From Dehalococcoidales bacterium (GTDB lineage: Bacteria; Chloroflexota; Dehalococcoidia; Dehalococcoidales; RBG-16-60-22), in contig DAOUMS010000015.1 of assembly GCA_034409565.1 (NCBI GenBank), forward strand, positions 23,227-87,226: 64,000 nt of DNA, written 5' to 3'. The notes under the pieces were generated by a model. That model did no database searches. It saw nothing but the letters and a program-made list of their open reading frames with translations, and was not told the DNA's origin. Position numbers and translations under genes: made by a program. Shown piece after piece: positions 37,398 to 46,165 of this stretch (within the stretch, counting starts at the first letter, position 1; every line of letters begins with the position of its first letter).

Positions 37398-37703
37398 TCA
37401 GGCCCTAGCTTTCAGCCACTCCAGCCGGTCTTTTACACGGCGGGCGGCAGTAACACGGGCTTTAGCTTTTTTTAACTGGCAGGCCAGAGTCACATCGCCA
37501 ACAACATCATGAACCCAGTTGCTGAAATCGTTTTTCTCACCAGTGGCGTGGCGCATATAGATTTCCTCTGTCATTTCCTCAAGGGCTGAGGCGAGCTCCC
37601 TTAAATTTTTAATAACCTTACCGTCACCGCACCAGAAGACCTTGTCCCCCGAAACATCTTCCAGCCGCGTTCTGATTACATCCTGCTTTACCGCTAACAT
37701 CAT
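37398..37703 (-). CDS. Small hypothetical protein, DUF5752-like
   Basis: FWCGDGKVIKNLRELA...H...KNDFSNWVHDVVGD pattern. Confidence 0.6.
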   Translation of the reverse strand: MMLAVKQDVIRTRLEDVSGDKVFWCGDGKVIKNLRELASALEEMTEEIYMRHATGEKNDFSNWVHDVVGDVTLACQLKKAKARVTAARRVKDRLEWLKARA

Positions 37704-37771
37704 TTCTTCCTTTTTTAGCCTTTTTTTAATCTTATCTGGACAGCAGCCGCACTAAATCATCTATTACGGAA

Positions 37772-37803
37772 ATGAATGGGAGGAGCAATTTCCTCCCATT
37801 CAT
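37772..37803. terminator. Hairpin, probable terminator of the minus-strand small ORF
   Basis: Perfect 13-bp stem ATGAATGGGAGGA/TCCTCCCATTCAT with a 6-nt loop. Confidence 0.65.
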
Positions 37804-37828
37804 AATACATTCCAGCCTGATTATTTAT

Positions 37829-37894
37829 TTACTTTTTGGTGCCAAAGGGCGGTTTGCTGGTGCCACCACCCGGCTTGCCTGGTTTCTTAGCCAT
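37829..37894 (-). CDS. 21-aa Lys/Gly/Pro-rich small protein MAKKPGKPGGGTSKPPFGTKK (not in the ORF track)
   Basis: RBS AGGAGGTGA 7 nt before the ATG, clean ORF ending in TAA, hairpin downstream. Confidence 0.6.
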   Translation of the reverse strand: MAKKPGKPGGGTSKPPFGTKK

Positions 37895-37940
37895 GGAGTT
37901 ATCACCTCCTTCCGTTCTAAGCTAATTGTTTGACCGATAA

Positions 37941-38678
37941 TCAATACCCGGCGGCCTTAAAATGGCGTTCCTTAACCCACCGGGCTATATCTTTTGGCTT
38001 GTCAGAGTCAAACATTTTGAACCCTTTGCTGGTCAGTTCTGTCCCCTCTACGGATACTGCCGACAGGCTGTACTTTTTCTGTCCTTTTGCCGGGTATTTG
38101 GGGTTGAGTTCAACGACGGCGGCGCCTCTCTCCAGCGGACCACCCGATGCCGGGCTGGCTGCCAGATAGAAATGGATTTTGCTCCCCGGTTTAGTCATTG
38201 CCTCTATCTGCTGCTGTATCTCTTTCTCGGTGTAAATGGTTATTTTGGGCATGACCCTCTTTTCTTCAAGTTCGACCTTCTTTTTGTCTTTATCAAACCA
38301 GCCCTCAAAAATTACCAGCTCCGGGTGCTCATCAAGCGACATGTAGTTTTTGACCTTAACCCTTTTAGCCTCTGCCTCGTGGCTGGCGAAAATCCTGATG
38401 TCCTGACCCTTTTCCCCACCTTCTCTTGGGCGCATCACCGCGGATAATCTCCAGACCCAGCCTGTCTCTTTACTCATTTCTTTAATAAGGTGGTTACCGA
38501 CTAATTCAGGAATCATTTTGGGCCCGGGCAGTTTTTCCACTTTTCCCGCATCAGCTTTTACTCCCGCTGGTGTCGCCCCCGCGGAAGTAACCGGTGCCAT
38601 GCCTATATCAGCCGCACCAGTGTTCGCCGGGCTTACTTCAACAGCAACCTCCACCTGCTTCTTTTTTCTCCAGAACAT
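37941..38678 (-). CDS. Hypothetical protein
   Basis: 245-aa ORF with RBS GGAGG and its own promoter. No family recognised. Confidence 0.7.
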   Translation of the reverse strand: MFWRKKKQVEVAVEVSPANTGAADIGMAPVTSAGATPAGVKADAGKVEKLPGPKMIPELVGNHLIKEMSKETGWVWRLSAVMRPREGGEKGQDIRIFASHEAEAKRVKVKNYMSLDEHPELVIFEGWFDKDKKKVELEEKRVMPKITIYTEKEIQQQIEAMTKPGSKIHFYLAASPASGGPLERGAAVVELNPKYPAKGQKKYSLSAVSVEGTELTSKGFKMFDSDKPKDIARWVKERHFKAAGY

Positions 38679-38781
38679 TAACCAAGCCTCCTTATTTATT
38701 TTGCTGGCATTCCCCTTGACTTCTATACCATTATCATGTAATATTAATTATGTTTTATAAATGATGTTTTTATTTTCATGT

Positions 38782-38810
38782 ATTTTAAATCGTTAATCGC
38801 ATTTTGTCAA
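38782..38810 (-). promoter_or_regulatory. Sigma70 promoter for 37941..38678
   Basis: TTGACA-17 nt-TAAAAT on the minus strand. Confidence 0.6.
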
Positions 38811-38923
38811 GAGGTTTTGGTGTTATTTAGTGAAAATTCTTTGCTGGTTTCGTCAGTTACCTGGCTGGCGCATTGATTTAGCTATTATCTGAAAAACTAC
38901 ATTTGAAAGCCTGGTAAAAAGGG

Positions 38924-38953
38924 TTGCATTGCCATGGTTACCTGTGCTATAAA
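38924..38953 (+). promoter_or_regulatory. Putative promoter with extended -10
   Basis: TTGCAT-18 nt-TATAAA, preceded by TG. Confidence 0.4.
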
Positions 38954-39017
38954 GGTAGACAATATATCCGGCATGATTTAATAATGATGATTTATGGTTC
39001 CTTTCTTTTAACTGGAT

Positions 39018-39317
39018 ATGTCTGAGTGGAAATTTTTAACCAACCATGCCATCGTTCTCAGCTATATTTCAATCCATCCCCGGATAACCGCCCGGGAGCT
39101 AGCCAACGCCATTGGCATCACGGAGAGGGCGACACGTAAAATAATTGCCGACCTGCTTCAGGCTGGATACATAAGCAAGGAACTGGAGGGAAGGCGCAAT
39201 CGCTACCACATTAACCCCAACCTGCCACTGCGACATCAGGGACTGGAGGAGACAGCCGTTGGTTATCTCCTCGAAATACTGGGGTGGAAGAAGCGGGGAC
39301 GTCCGAGAAAAACATAA
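39018..39317 (+). CDS. Winged helix-turn-helix transcriptional regulator (MarR/AsnC-like)
   Basis: WKFLTNHA...ELANAIGITERA...GYI...GRRNRY...LRH. Confidence 0.8.
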   Translation: MSEWKFLTNHAIVLSYISIHPRITARELANAIGITERATRKIIADLLQAGYISKELEGRRNRYHINPNLPLRHQGLEETAVGYLLEILGWKKRGRPRKT

Positions 39318-39319
39318 TT

Positions 39320-39790
39320 ATGTCTTTCCGCTGGAGATATATAGTTCTTCCTTTGCTCTTCCTGCTCCTGTCTCTCGGCCTCACCATTTATTTTTACCCT
39401 AGACTTCCGGACGAGGTTGCCTATCATTTCAAAAATGGCCTGCCCGACCGGTGGACAAGCCGCGGCGCTGCCACTGCCTGGCTGCTGGTGCCGCAGTGCC
39501 TGCTGGCCGGACTCGGTGCCGCCGTTGTCATGGGCATAATCAGGCTTGGAGACCGTTCCCAGACGACCACCAGCAAACGTGCGGAAACAATGCTCCTGCT
39601 CATGGGCAACATGGTCGCCCTGCCGCAGCTCGTCCTCGCCTTTGCAATGCTGGCCATTTTCAGCTACAATTCGTACGGGGTATACCTCATGCCTATATGG
39701 GTATTCGCCCTGGTTGTCATGGGCCTGGGAGGTATCATCCTGGGAGCACTCTTCTTCCTCGCCATAAAGCAGGCCCTGGTGAGGAAATAA
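39320..39790 (+). CDS. DUF1648-like membrane protein
   Basis: YPRLPDEVAYHFKNGLPDRW followed by several TM helices. Start placed at ATG 39320, just after the regulator stop. Confidence 0.7.
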   Translation: MSFRWRYIVLPLLFLLLSLGLTIYFYPRLPDEVAYHFKNGLPDRWTSRGAATAWLLVPQCLLAGLGAAVVMGIIRLGDRSQTTTSKRAETMLLLMGNMVALPQLVLAFAMLAIFSYNSYGVYLMPIWVFALVVMGLGGIILGALFFLAIKQALVRK

Positions 39791-39827
39791 CAATTACCGT
39801 GTGACATACATTAGGGAGTAATTTTTA

Positions 39828-41198
39828 ATGGCAGATAAAACACCAGGCAGCGTTACCATGGAGAAGATGGTCTCGCTCAGCCAGCGCCGAGGCTTCATTT
39901 TCCCGAGCAGTGAAATCTACGGCGGACTTTCCAGCTGCTGGGACTACGGGCCGCTGGGGGTGGAATTAAAGAGAAACGTGAAGCAGGCCTGGTGGCGCGC
40001 TGTGGTTCAGGAGCGCGATGACATGGTGGGGCTGGACACCAGCATCCTGATGCATCCCCAGACGTGGGCGGCCAGCGGCCACCTCGAGCAGTTCACCGAC
40101 CCGCTGGTGGAATGCAAGCAGTGCCATCTGAGGTGGCGCAGCGATGAGGTTGCCGACAACCACTGTCCCTCCTGCGGCGGGGAACTGACCGAACCACAGC
40201 TGTTCAATCTGATGTTCAAGACCTTCATGGGGCCGGTGGAGGAGGACGCCAGCGTGGTCTACCTGCGACCGGAGACGGCGCAGGGTATCTTTGTCAACTT
40301 TCAAAACGTGCTCAACACGACGCGGAAGCGGCTGCCCTTCGGTATCGCTCAGACAGGTAAGGCTTTCCGCAATGAGATAACCACCGGCAACTTTATCTTC
40401 CGCAGTCGCGAGTTCGAGCAGATGGAAATCGAGTATTTCGTCCGACCGGAGACAGCGGACGAATGGTTTGATTACTGGCTTGAGGAAAGGCGAAAGTGGT
40501 ACCTGAGCCTCGGCATCAGAGAGGAGAACCTCCGCCTGCGCCCCCACCGCGCTGAAGAACTGGCCCACTACGCCAAAAAGTGCTTTGACATTGACTACAA
40601 TTTCCCCATGGGCTGGGCGGAGCTGGAAGGCGTGGCCAACCGCGGCGATTATGACCTGGCACAGCACGCTAAATACAGCGGTAAAGAGATGACCTACTTT
40701 GACGAGGGGACCAACGAGCACATCCTGCCCTATATTATTGAACCATCGGCGGGCGTGGACCGCTCCGTGCTGGCTGTCCTCTGCGATGCCTATGACGAAG
40801 ATATCGCCCAGGGCGAGCTGCGGGTGGTGCTCCGTTTTAAGCCCGCCATAGCCCCGTACAAGGTGGCCCTGCTGCCATTGAGCAAGAAGGAGAACCTGGT
40901 CAAATTCGCCAGGGAAGTGTACGATGGCCTGCGGTCCTGCTGGATGGTCAATTACGACGATACCCAGAGCATCGGGCGGCGCTACCGCCGCCAGGACGAG
41001 ATAGGTACCCCGTTCTGCGTCACCATTGATTTCCAGTCGCTGGAGGACAGGCAGGTTACCATCCGAGAGCGCGACAGCATGAACCAGATACGGGTGCCCA
41101 TTGCTACCCTCAAAGAAACGCTGGCTGCCAAGCTGGCCGGTGAGGACATCCTTACACTGCCGGAGGGCGGCCAAGTCTGGAAGGTGGAAGGAAAATAG
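39828..41198 (+). CDS. glyQS: Glycine--tRNA ligase, alpha2 (class IIa) type
   Basis: RRGFIFPSSEIYGG, DYGPLG, YLRPETAQGIF, FRNEIT, REFEQMEIE, IEPSAGVDR, YRRQDEIGTP. Confidence 0.96.
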   Translation: MADKTPGSVTMEKMVSLSQRRGFIFPSSEIYGGLSSCWDYGPLGVELKRNVKQAWWRAVVQERDDMVGLDTSILMHPQTWAASGHLEQFTDPLVECKQCHLRWRSDEVADNHCPSCGGELTEPQLFNLMFKTFMGPVEEDASVVYLRPETAQGIFVNFQNVLNTTRKRLPFGIAQTGKAFRNEITTGNFIFRSREFEQMEIEYFVRPETADEWFDYWLEERRKWYLSLGIREENLRLRPHRAEELAHYAKKCFDIDYNFPMGWAELEGVANRGDYDLAQHAKYSGKEMTYFDEGTNEHILPYIIEPSAGVDRSVLAVLCDAYDEDIAQGELRVVLRFKPAIAPYKVALLPLSKKENLVKFAREVYDGLRSCWMVNYDDTQSIGRRYRRQDEIGTPFCVTIDFQSLEDRQVTIRERDSMNQIRVPIATLKETLAAKLAGEDILTLPEGGQVWKVEGK

Positions 41199-41223
41199 GT
41201 GTTTAAGAGGGGCTTAAAAGACA

Positions 41224-42453
41224 ATGAAAATCCTCCACTTCGCCGACCTGCACCTTGGTGTTGAGACCTACGGTCGTGCCGACCCGGCCACGGGACTTTC
41301 CACGCGCCTGCTTGATTTCCTCGACTCGCTAGACAGGGTCGTTGATTTCGCCATAGAGAACAAAGTGGACCTGGTCATCTTCTGCGGGGACGCCTACAAG
41401 ACCCGCGAGCCTACCCAGACCCAGCAGCGCGAGTTCGCCAGGCGCATCAACCGCCTTTCCGCCAATGACATCCCCATCTTTCTCCTGGTGGGCAACCACG
41501 ACCTGCCCAACGCCATCGGGCGGGCCACCAGCACTGAAATCTTTGATACTCTGTCGGTGAAGAACGTCTATGTTTCCAATCGCCCTGAAATCTATAAAAT
41601 CCCCACCCGCGACGGCACCGTGCAGGTGGCATCGCTGCCGTGGCTCAGGCGCAGCGTCCTGCTGAGTCGTGAGGAGACGAAAAACCTCGACTTCGAGCAG
41701 ATGAAGGAAAGGCTGCAGCAGGCACTGACCGGCGCCATCGAGCTTCACATCTCCAAGCTCGACCCCGAGTTACCCGCCGTCCTCGCCGCCCATGTATGGG
41801 TCGCCGGCGCCCAGCTCGGCACGGAGAAGCAGATGACCATCGGACAGGAGCACGTCCTGCTGCTGAGCAACGTGGCCAACCCCGCCTTCGACTACATCGC
41901 GCTGGGGCACATCCACCGCCACCAGGTCCTGTCCGAGAGCCCACCCGTCGTCTATGCCGGCAGCCTGTCGCGACTCGACTTCGGCGACGAGAACGATGAA
42001 AAGGGCTTTTACTTGGTGGAGATTGGGCCGGACAAGGCCAGCGGGCAGCGGCCAGTATCTTTTGAGTTCCACCCAGTGAAGGGGCGCCGCTTTCTGACCA
42101 TCGAGGCCGCGCTGGAGGCAGAGGACACAGACCCCACCGCCACCGTGCTTGGCACCATCGCCAGGCAGGAGAAAAAGCTCAAAGAGGCCATCGTGCGGCT
42201 GAACATCACCCTGCCAGCGTCACTTGAAGGACAGCTCCGCGACGCTGATATCAGGGAGGCGCTGCAAGACGCCCATTTTTTCACCGTAGCGCGGGAGATA
42301 CAGCGTGAGGCACGGCTGCGACTGGGGCAGTTCACCGCCGAGGAAATCACCCCCCTTGATGCCCTGAAAAAATACCTGGAGACAAAAAAGACTCCCCCCG
42401 AAAGAACTAAAGTCTTAATGGAGTACGGGGAGAGGATGATAAGGGGGGAGTAA
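41224..42453 (+). CDS. sbcD: SbcD/Mre11-family nuclease
   Basis: HFADLHLG, FCGDAY, VGNHD, AH, DYIALGHIH, YAGSL. Confidence 0.9.
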   Translation: MKILHFADLHLGVETYGRADPATGLSTRLLDFLDSLDRVVDFAIENKVDLVIFCGDAYKTREPTQTQQREFARRINRLSANDIPIFLLVGNHDLPNAIGRATSTEIFDTLSVKNVYVSNRPEIYKIPTRDGTVQVASLPWLRRSVLLSREETKNLDFEQMKERLQQALTGAIELHISKLDPELPAVLAAHVWVAGAQLGTEKQMTIGQEHVLLLSNVANPAFDYIALGHIHRHQVLSESPPVVYAGSLSRLDFGDENDEKGFYLVEIGPDKASGQRPVSFEFHPVKGRRFLTIEAALEAEDTDPTATVLGTIARQEKKLKEAIVRLNITLPASLEGQLRDADIREALQDAHFFTVAREIQREARLRLGQFTAEEITPLDALKKYLETKKTPPERTKVLMEYGERMIRGE

Positions 42454-42462
42454 GGGGAGTTA

Positions 42463-42491
42463 AGAGGGGGGCTTTCGCCCCCTCTCTTTTT
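42463..42491 (+). terminator. Intrinsic terminator after sbcD
   Basis: AGAGGGGGGC-TTTC-GCCCCCTCT, followed by CTTTTT. Confidence 0.7.
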
Positions 42492-42495
42492 CTAT

Positions 42496-43158
42496 CTACT
42501 CATACCACTTCGTAAACTCTTCCGCCTTCTGCTTTACGCTGCGGTAGGTGTTCAGCTTCGCTCCCTCATCGGGGTAGCCCATTGATATGCCGATGACCAG
42601 CTTCTTGCTCTCCGCCACCCCCAGAAATTTCTTAATCTCCGGCGCGTAGTTGGTCACCGAGGCCTGCAGGACGCTCTCCACGCCCAGCGAGTGCGCCGCC
42701 AGTAGCAGGCTCTGGGTGAACAGCCCCATGTCAAAAATCGACCACTCCCCCAGGGAACCGTCCATGAAGAGAAATATGGCACAGGGCGCACCGTAAAACT
42801 CAAAATTCATCAGACGCAGCCTTTCTCTCCCTTCCTCATCTCCCCTGTCTACACCCAGCGCCGCCAGCCGCCGCGCGCCGTGCTCATGAACGCGCTCATC
42901 ATGCTCTGCGGGCCAGCCCTTGGGTATGGGGAGGTCGGGATGAGTCGGCGCCTTAGCCTTGGCCAGCTCGAAGATAACTTTGCTCAACTCATCTTTCTTT
43001 TTCCCGCTTACCACGACCACCTCCCAGGGCTGGGTATTGGTGTAGGAGAAGGTGTTGCTCACCGCCTGCAATATTTTATGCATCACGTCTTTGGGGATGG
43101 GGGTGGGCTTGAAACCGCGAATACTGCGCCTTGTCTTGATACCTTCCAGAGTTTCCAT
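42496..43158 (-). CDS. Nitroreductase family protein
   Basis: RRSIRGF, SYTNTQPW, FYGAP, D-G...LLLAAHSLG. Start placed at ATG 43158, behind RBS GGAGG. Confidence 0.88.
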   Translation of the reverse strand: METLEGIKTRRSIRGFKPTPIPKDVMHKILQAVSNTFSYTNTQPWEVVVVSGKKKDELSKVIFELAKAKAPTHPDLPIPKGWPAEHDERVHEHGARRLAALGVDRGDEEGRERLRLMNFEFYGAPCAIFLFMDGSLGEWSIFDMGLFTQSLLLAAHSLGVESVLQASVTNYAPEIKKFLGVAESKKLVIGISMGYPDEGAKLNTYRSVKQKAEEFTKWYE

Positions 43159-43181
43159 CAATAATGCCTCCAATCAAATAA

Positions 43182-43520
43182 TTAAAATGTCAGCGATGCC
43201 CAGCCTTCTTTCAGAAGGTCGGATATTACCGACCCGACATAGACCACCTTGATGCCGACGGCTTCCAGCTTTTCGGTGATGCCCATACGGTCGGCGCACC
43301 ACTTGCACGCCAGAATCTCAACACCCTGCTCAAGTGTCTCCTTTATCCGGGCCTGCACCTCGGCATCGTTGGCCACGATTTTCTCCGACGGGCCGAAGAT
43401 AATCACCTTGACCTCGTTCATCCAGCCCTTTTTCGCCGCATTAAGCGGATAGACCAGCCCCACCTCCAGCGCCACCTCCCTGTCCCCACTGCTCAGGACA
43501 ACAAAAACTTTGGCCGCCAT
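43182..43520 (-). CDS. DsrE-family protein
   Basis: VIIFGPSE and ACKWCAD. Confidence 0.75.
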   Translation of the reverse strand: MAAKVFVVLSSGDREVALEVGLVYPLNAAKKGWMNEVKVIIFGPSEKIVANDAEVQARIKETLEQGVEILACKWCADRMGITEKLEAVGIKVVYVGSVISDLLKEGWASLTF

Positions 43521-43645
43521 TCTTTCATCTCCTTTCCAGCGTGTATATGGCCGTTAAAAGATACTTTACCCAAGCTGTTTTCCCCTGTCAATCTCAATAT
43601 TACTCCATTTTTACCTAAATTGACCAATTATTGCGGCTCCAGGTA

Positions 43646-43673
43646 TTGACATTTTCGGCAATAATACTATAAT
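43646..43673 (+). promoter_or_regulatory. Sigma70 promoter of the vWA gene
   Basis: TTGACA-16 nt-TATAAT. Confidence 0.75.
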
Positions 43674-43692
43674 AAGCTCATTCTTTTTGAGA

Positions 43693-43787
43693 CGCCTCCA
43701 AAATTAAGTTCAGGATTAGGTATGGGCAGCGATATTTTGAGGCGCTGGTAACCGTGAAAAACAATGCGGTTGCTGGCGCTCTTTTTT
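43693..43787 (+). promoter_or_regulatory. Structured 5' leader with an intrinsic terminator (candidate attenuator/riboswitch)
   Basis: Stem 43693-43704/43734-43744 overlaps a 13-bp terminator stem (43742-43754/43767-43779) that is followed by CTTTTTT. Confidence 0.5.
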
Positions 43788-43867
43788 AATCTGGCACAAA
43801 GGGGGGGTGGTTAATAAGGAAAGCAGGTAAAAAAATGCCGCCAATAAATCATGAAAGGAGAAAAAAA

Positions 43868-45361
43868 GTGAAAAACATTAAAATCCTGGTAAGCATGCTG
43901 GTGACGGTACTGCTGGTGCTGGGAATGGCGCTGCCGGTGGCCGCACAGGTAGAGCCAGAAGTGGTCGAGGAGGCTCTGGACCCGGGAGAGTCAATCACCG
44001 TCGAGAAGACAATAACCACGACGGAAATCCCACCCATGCCCGATATCTATTTCATGTCGGACACGACGGGAAGCATGGGGTCGGTGATTGCCGCCGTGGC
44101 CGGTAATGCCACGGACATTATGGCCGCCATCGCGGCCGTGCAACCGGACGCCCAGTTCGGCGCCGGCAATTACAGAGACTACCCCGGCACTGACCCGCCA
44201 TATACGAACCAGCAGGGCATCACCAACGATACCAGCGCCGTGAACACTGCCATAGGTGCCTGGTCGGCCGGTATGGGTGGAGATGGCCCGGAAGGGCAGT
44301 TCTATGCCCTTAACCAAATGGCTGACCCGTCTGACCCTGACGGCGTCGGGTGGCGGGATGGCTCGACCAAGATAGTGGTCTGGTTCGGGGATGCCCCGGC
44401 CCACGACCCCGTGCCGACTGGAGCTACCGGCTATACCGATAACATCACCGAGGCGACCGTGACCGCCGACCTAGTAGACGCCGGCATTCGTATCGTCGCC
44501 ATCGGCACCGTAACCAGTTGGCCCCCCTCTCCACCCTTCTATCCCAGTGCCCTGGACGATGACCCAACAAGTGGTGGCGGTGACTACGCATACTATTACG
44601 GCATTGTGGAGGACGGCACCTCGGGCCAGGCAAGCCGTATTGCTAACGACACCGGTGGCGTGTACCTGACAGCGCTCACTCCTGAGGAAGCCGTGGAAGC
44701 CGTCCTGGAAGGCCTTGAGGCGCTGGCCACCGATGTCTGGGGTGTGGTCGAGGCTGACGAGGGACTCATAGTGACCCTTGAGCCTGCGGTGCGTGAGGAT
44801 GTTCCCAGCGGCACCAGTGTTACCTTCACGGAAACCATCACTCTTGCCGAGGACGCCCCGCAGTGCAACACGCTCGGGGCCACGGTCACCTTCTACGCCA
44901 ACAGCTACCCCGAAGAGGGGGCGGTGATTGGCGTGCAGACCATCAGCATCAAGGTGAACGATGTTGATGGGCCTACGGTGGAGTGTGTTGAGAGCGTGAA
45001 CCCGCACGGGGACACCGTTCCCGGCGGGAAGGCTTCGGGCAAAGGTAAAGGTAACAACCCCGATGGGTTTTACCAGCTTTTGGTTACGGACAACTGTGAT
45101 GAGCCAGAGGACATAGAGATATATATCGGCACCGAGGGAGACCCCATGATGTTTGGGCCGTTCGCCAATGAGGTCGTGGTCAAGTTCACCGAGGATTCAG
45201 AGGCTGCACCAGAATGCAAGGAGATAGGCAGCGATAAGGGGCAGGCAGGAGCCGTGAGTTGGCACATTATTCTACCTACCGACCCTGTGGTCACCGCCGT
45301 TGATTCCAGCGGCAACACAGCCACATGCACTGGTTGCCTCGTGCCACCACCTCTAAAGTAA
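43868..45361 (+). CDS. Secreted vWA-domain protein with a C-terminal Cys-containing HYR-like domain
   Basis: GTG start after RBS AAAGGAG, signal peptide, MIDAS-like DIYFMSDTTGS, GGDGPE, VVWFGDAP, C-terminal TDNCD...AVDSSGNTATC. Confidence 0.8.
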   Translation: MKNIKILVSMLVTVLLVLGMALPVAAQVEPEVVEEALDPGESITVEKTITTTEIPPMPDIYFMSDTTGSMGSVIAAVAGNATDIMAAIAAVQPDAQFGAGNYRDYPGTDPPYTNQQGITNDTSAVNTAIGAWSAGMGGDGPEGQFYALNQMADPSDPDGVGWRDGSTKIVVWFGDAPAHDPVPTGATGYTDNITEATVTADLVDAGIRIVAIGTVTSWPPSPPFYPSALDDDPTSGGGDYAYYYGIVEDGTSGQASRIANDTGGVYLTALTPEEAVEAVLEGLEALATDVWGVVEADEGLIVTLEPAVREDVPSGTSVTFTETITLAEDAPQCNTLGATVTFYANSYPEEGAVIGVQTISIKVNDVDGPTVECVESVNPHGDTVPGGKASGKGKGNNPDGFYQLLVTDNCDEPEDIEIYIGTEGDPMMFGPFANEVVVKFTEDSEAAPECKEIGSDKGQAGAVSWHIILPTDPVVTAVDSSGNTATCTGCLVPPPLK

Positions 45362-45397
45362 AAAGGTGAGGCCAAGTAGCCGCCTAGATTAAAGCTG

Positions 45398-45432
45398 TAT
45401 CGGGGGACGTCTGAACAGACGTCCCCCTGATA
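45398..45432. terminator. Hairpin after the vWA gene
   Basis: GGGGGACGTCTG-AA-CAGACGTCCCCC. Confidence 0.6.
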
Positions 45433-45575
45433 TATCACGGGCAGTTTTTAAGTGTAAGCTATAATGCTCCCAGATTCTGCCGCTAGAGATATTCTTTTTT
45501 AAATATAAATTATGAAATGATATAATTTATCTAGCTAGACTAAAGCAACTAAAAACAACCGAGGCTGAGGAGGTA

Positions 45576-46082
45576 ATGATGAGCAACACTCAGGAAAATC
45601 TGCAGGCGGCTTTCGCCGGTGAAAGCCAGGCCAACCGACGTTATTTATTCTTCGCCGAGAAGGCGGAGAAGGACGGCCAACCGCAAATCGCCCGGCTGTT
45701 CCGGGCTATTGCTGAAGCCGAGACGGTACACGCCCGCAACCATTTGAGCACTTCAGGTAATATTAAATCCACCAAGGAGAACCTGGAAGAAGCTATCAGC
45801 GGTGAGCATTATGAATTCACCAAGATGTACCCGGAATTTATCGCGCAGGCCAGAGCAGAGGGCGTGAAGAGGGCCGAGGTGACCTTCGACTACGCCAACA
45901 AGGTGGAGAAAATCCACCACTCCCTGTATGAGAAGGCGCTGAAATCGCTTGAAGGCGGTAAGCAACCTGAAGCCAAACCATTTTTCGTCTGCCAGGTCTG
46001 CGGCTACACGGTTGAGGGCGCGGCTCCCGACAAGTGCCCGATATGCGGGGCACCGCAGAGCCGTTTCAAGCAGGTAGATTAA
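45576..46082 (+). CDS. rbr: Rubrerythrin
   Basis: AFAGESQA, EAETVHA, GEHYE, VEKIH, and C-terminal rubredoxin CQVCGY...CPICG. Confidence 0.93.
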   Translation: MMSNTQENLQAAFAGESQANRRYLFFAEKAEKDGQPQIARLFRAIAEAETVHARNHLSTSGNIKSTKENLEEAISGEHYEFTKMYPEFIAQARAEGVKRAEVTFDYANKVEKIHHSLYEKALKSLEGGKQPEAKPFFVCQVCGYTVEGAAPDKCPICGAPQSRFKQVD

Positions 46083-46111
46083 GCATTTAAAGAAACGATA
46101 TTGAAGCAAAA

Positions 46112-46149
46112 AGAAGGGAGGGGAAAAGCCCTTCCCTTCTTCTATTTTT
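46112..46149. terminator. Terminator between the convergent rbr and DUF4870 genes
   Basis: AGAAGGGAGGG ... CCCTTCCCTTCT, with A/T-rich flanks. Confidence 0.6.
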
Positions 46150-46165
46150 CAGACCAGCCGGTGGC

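Noticed and set aside
43690-43745. c-di-GMP-I riboswitch identity for the vWA leader
   Set aside because: Only fragments resemble it (GACGC, TAAG...TATGG). The GGCAAA/GAAA-tetraloop P1 arm is absent, so it is kept only as an unnamed leader.
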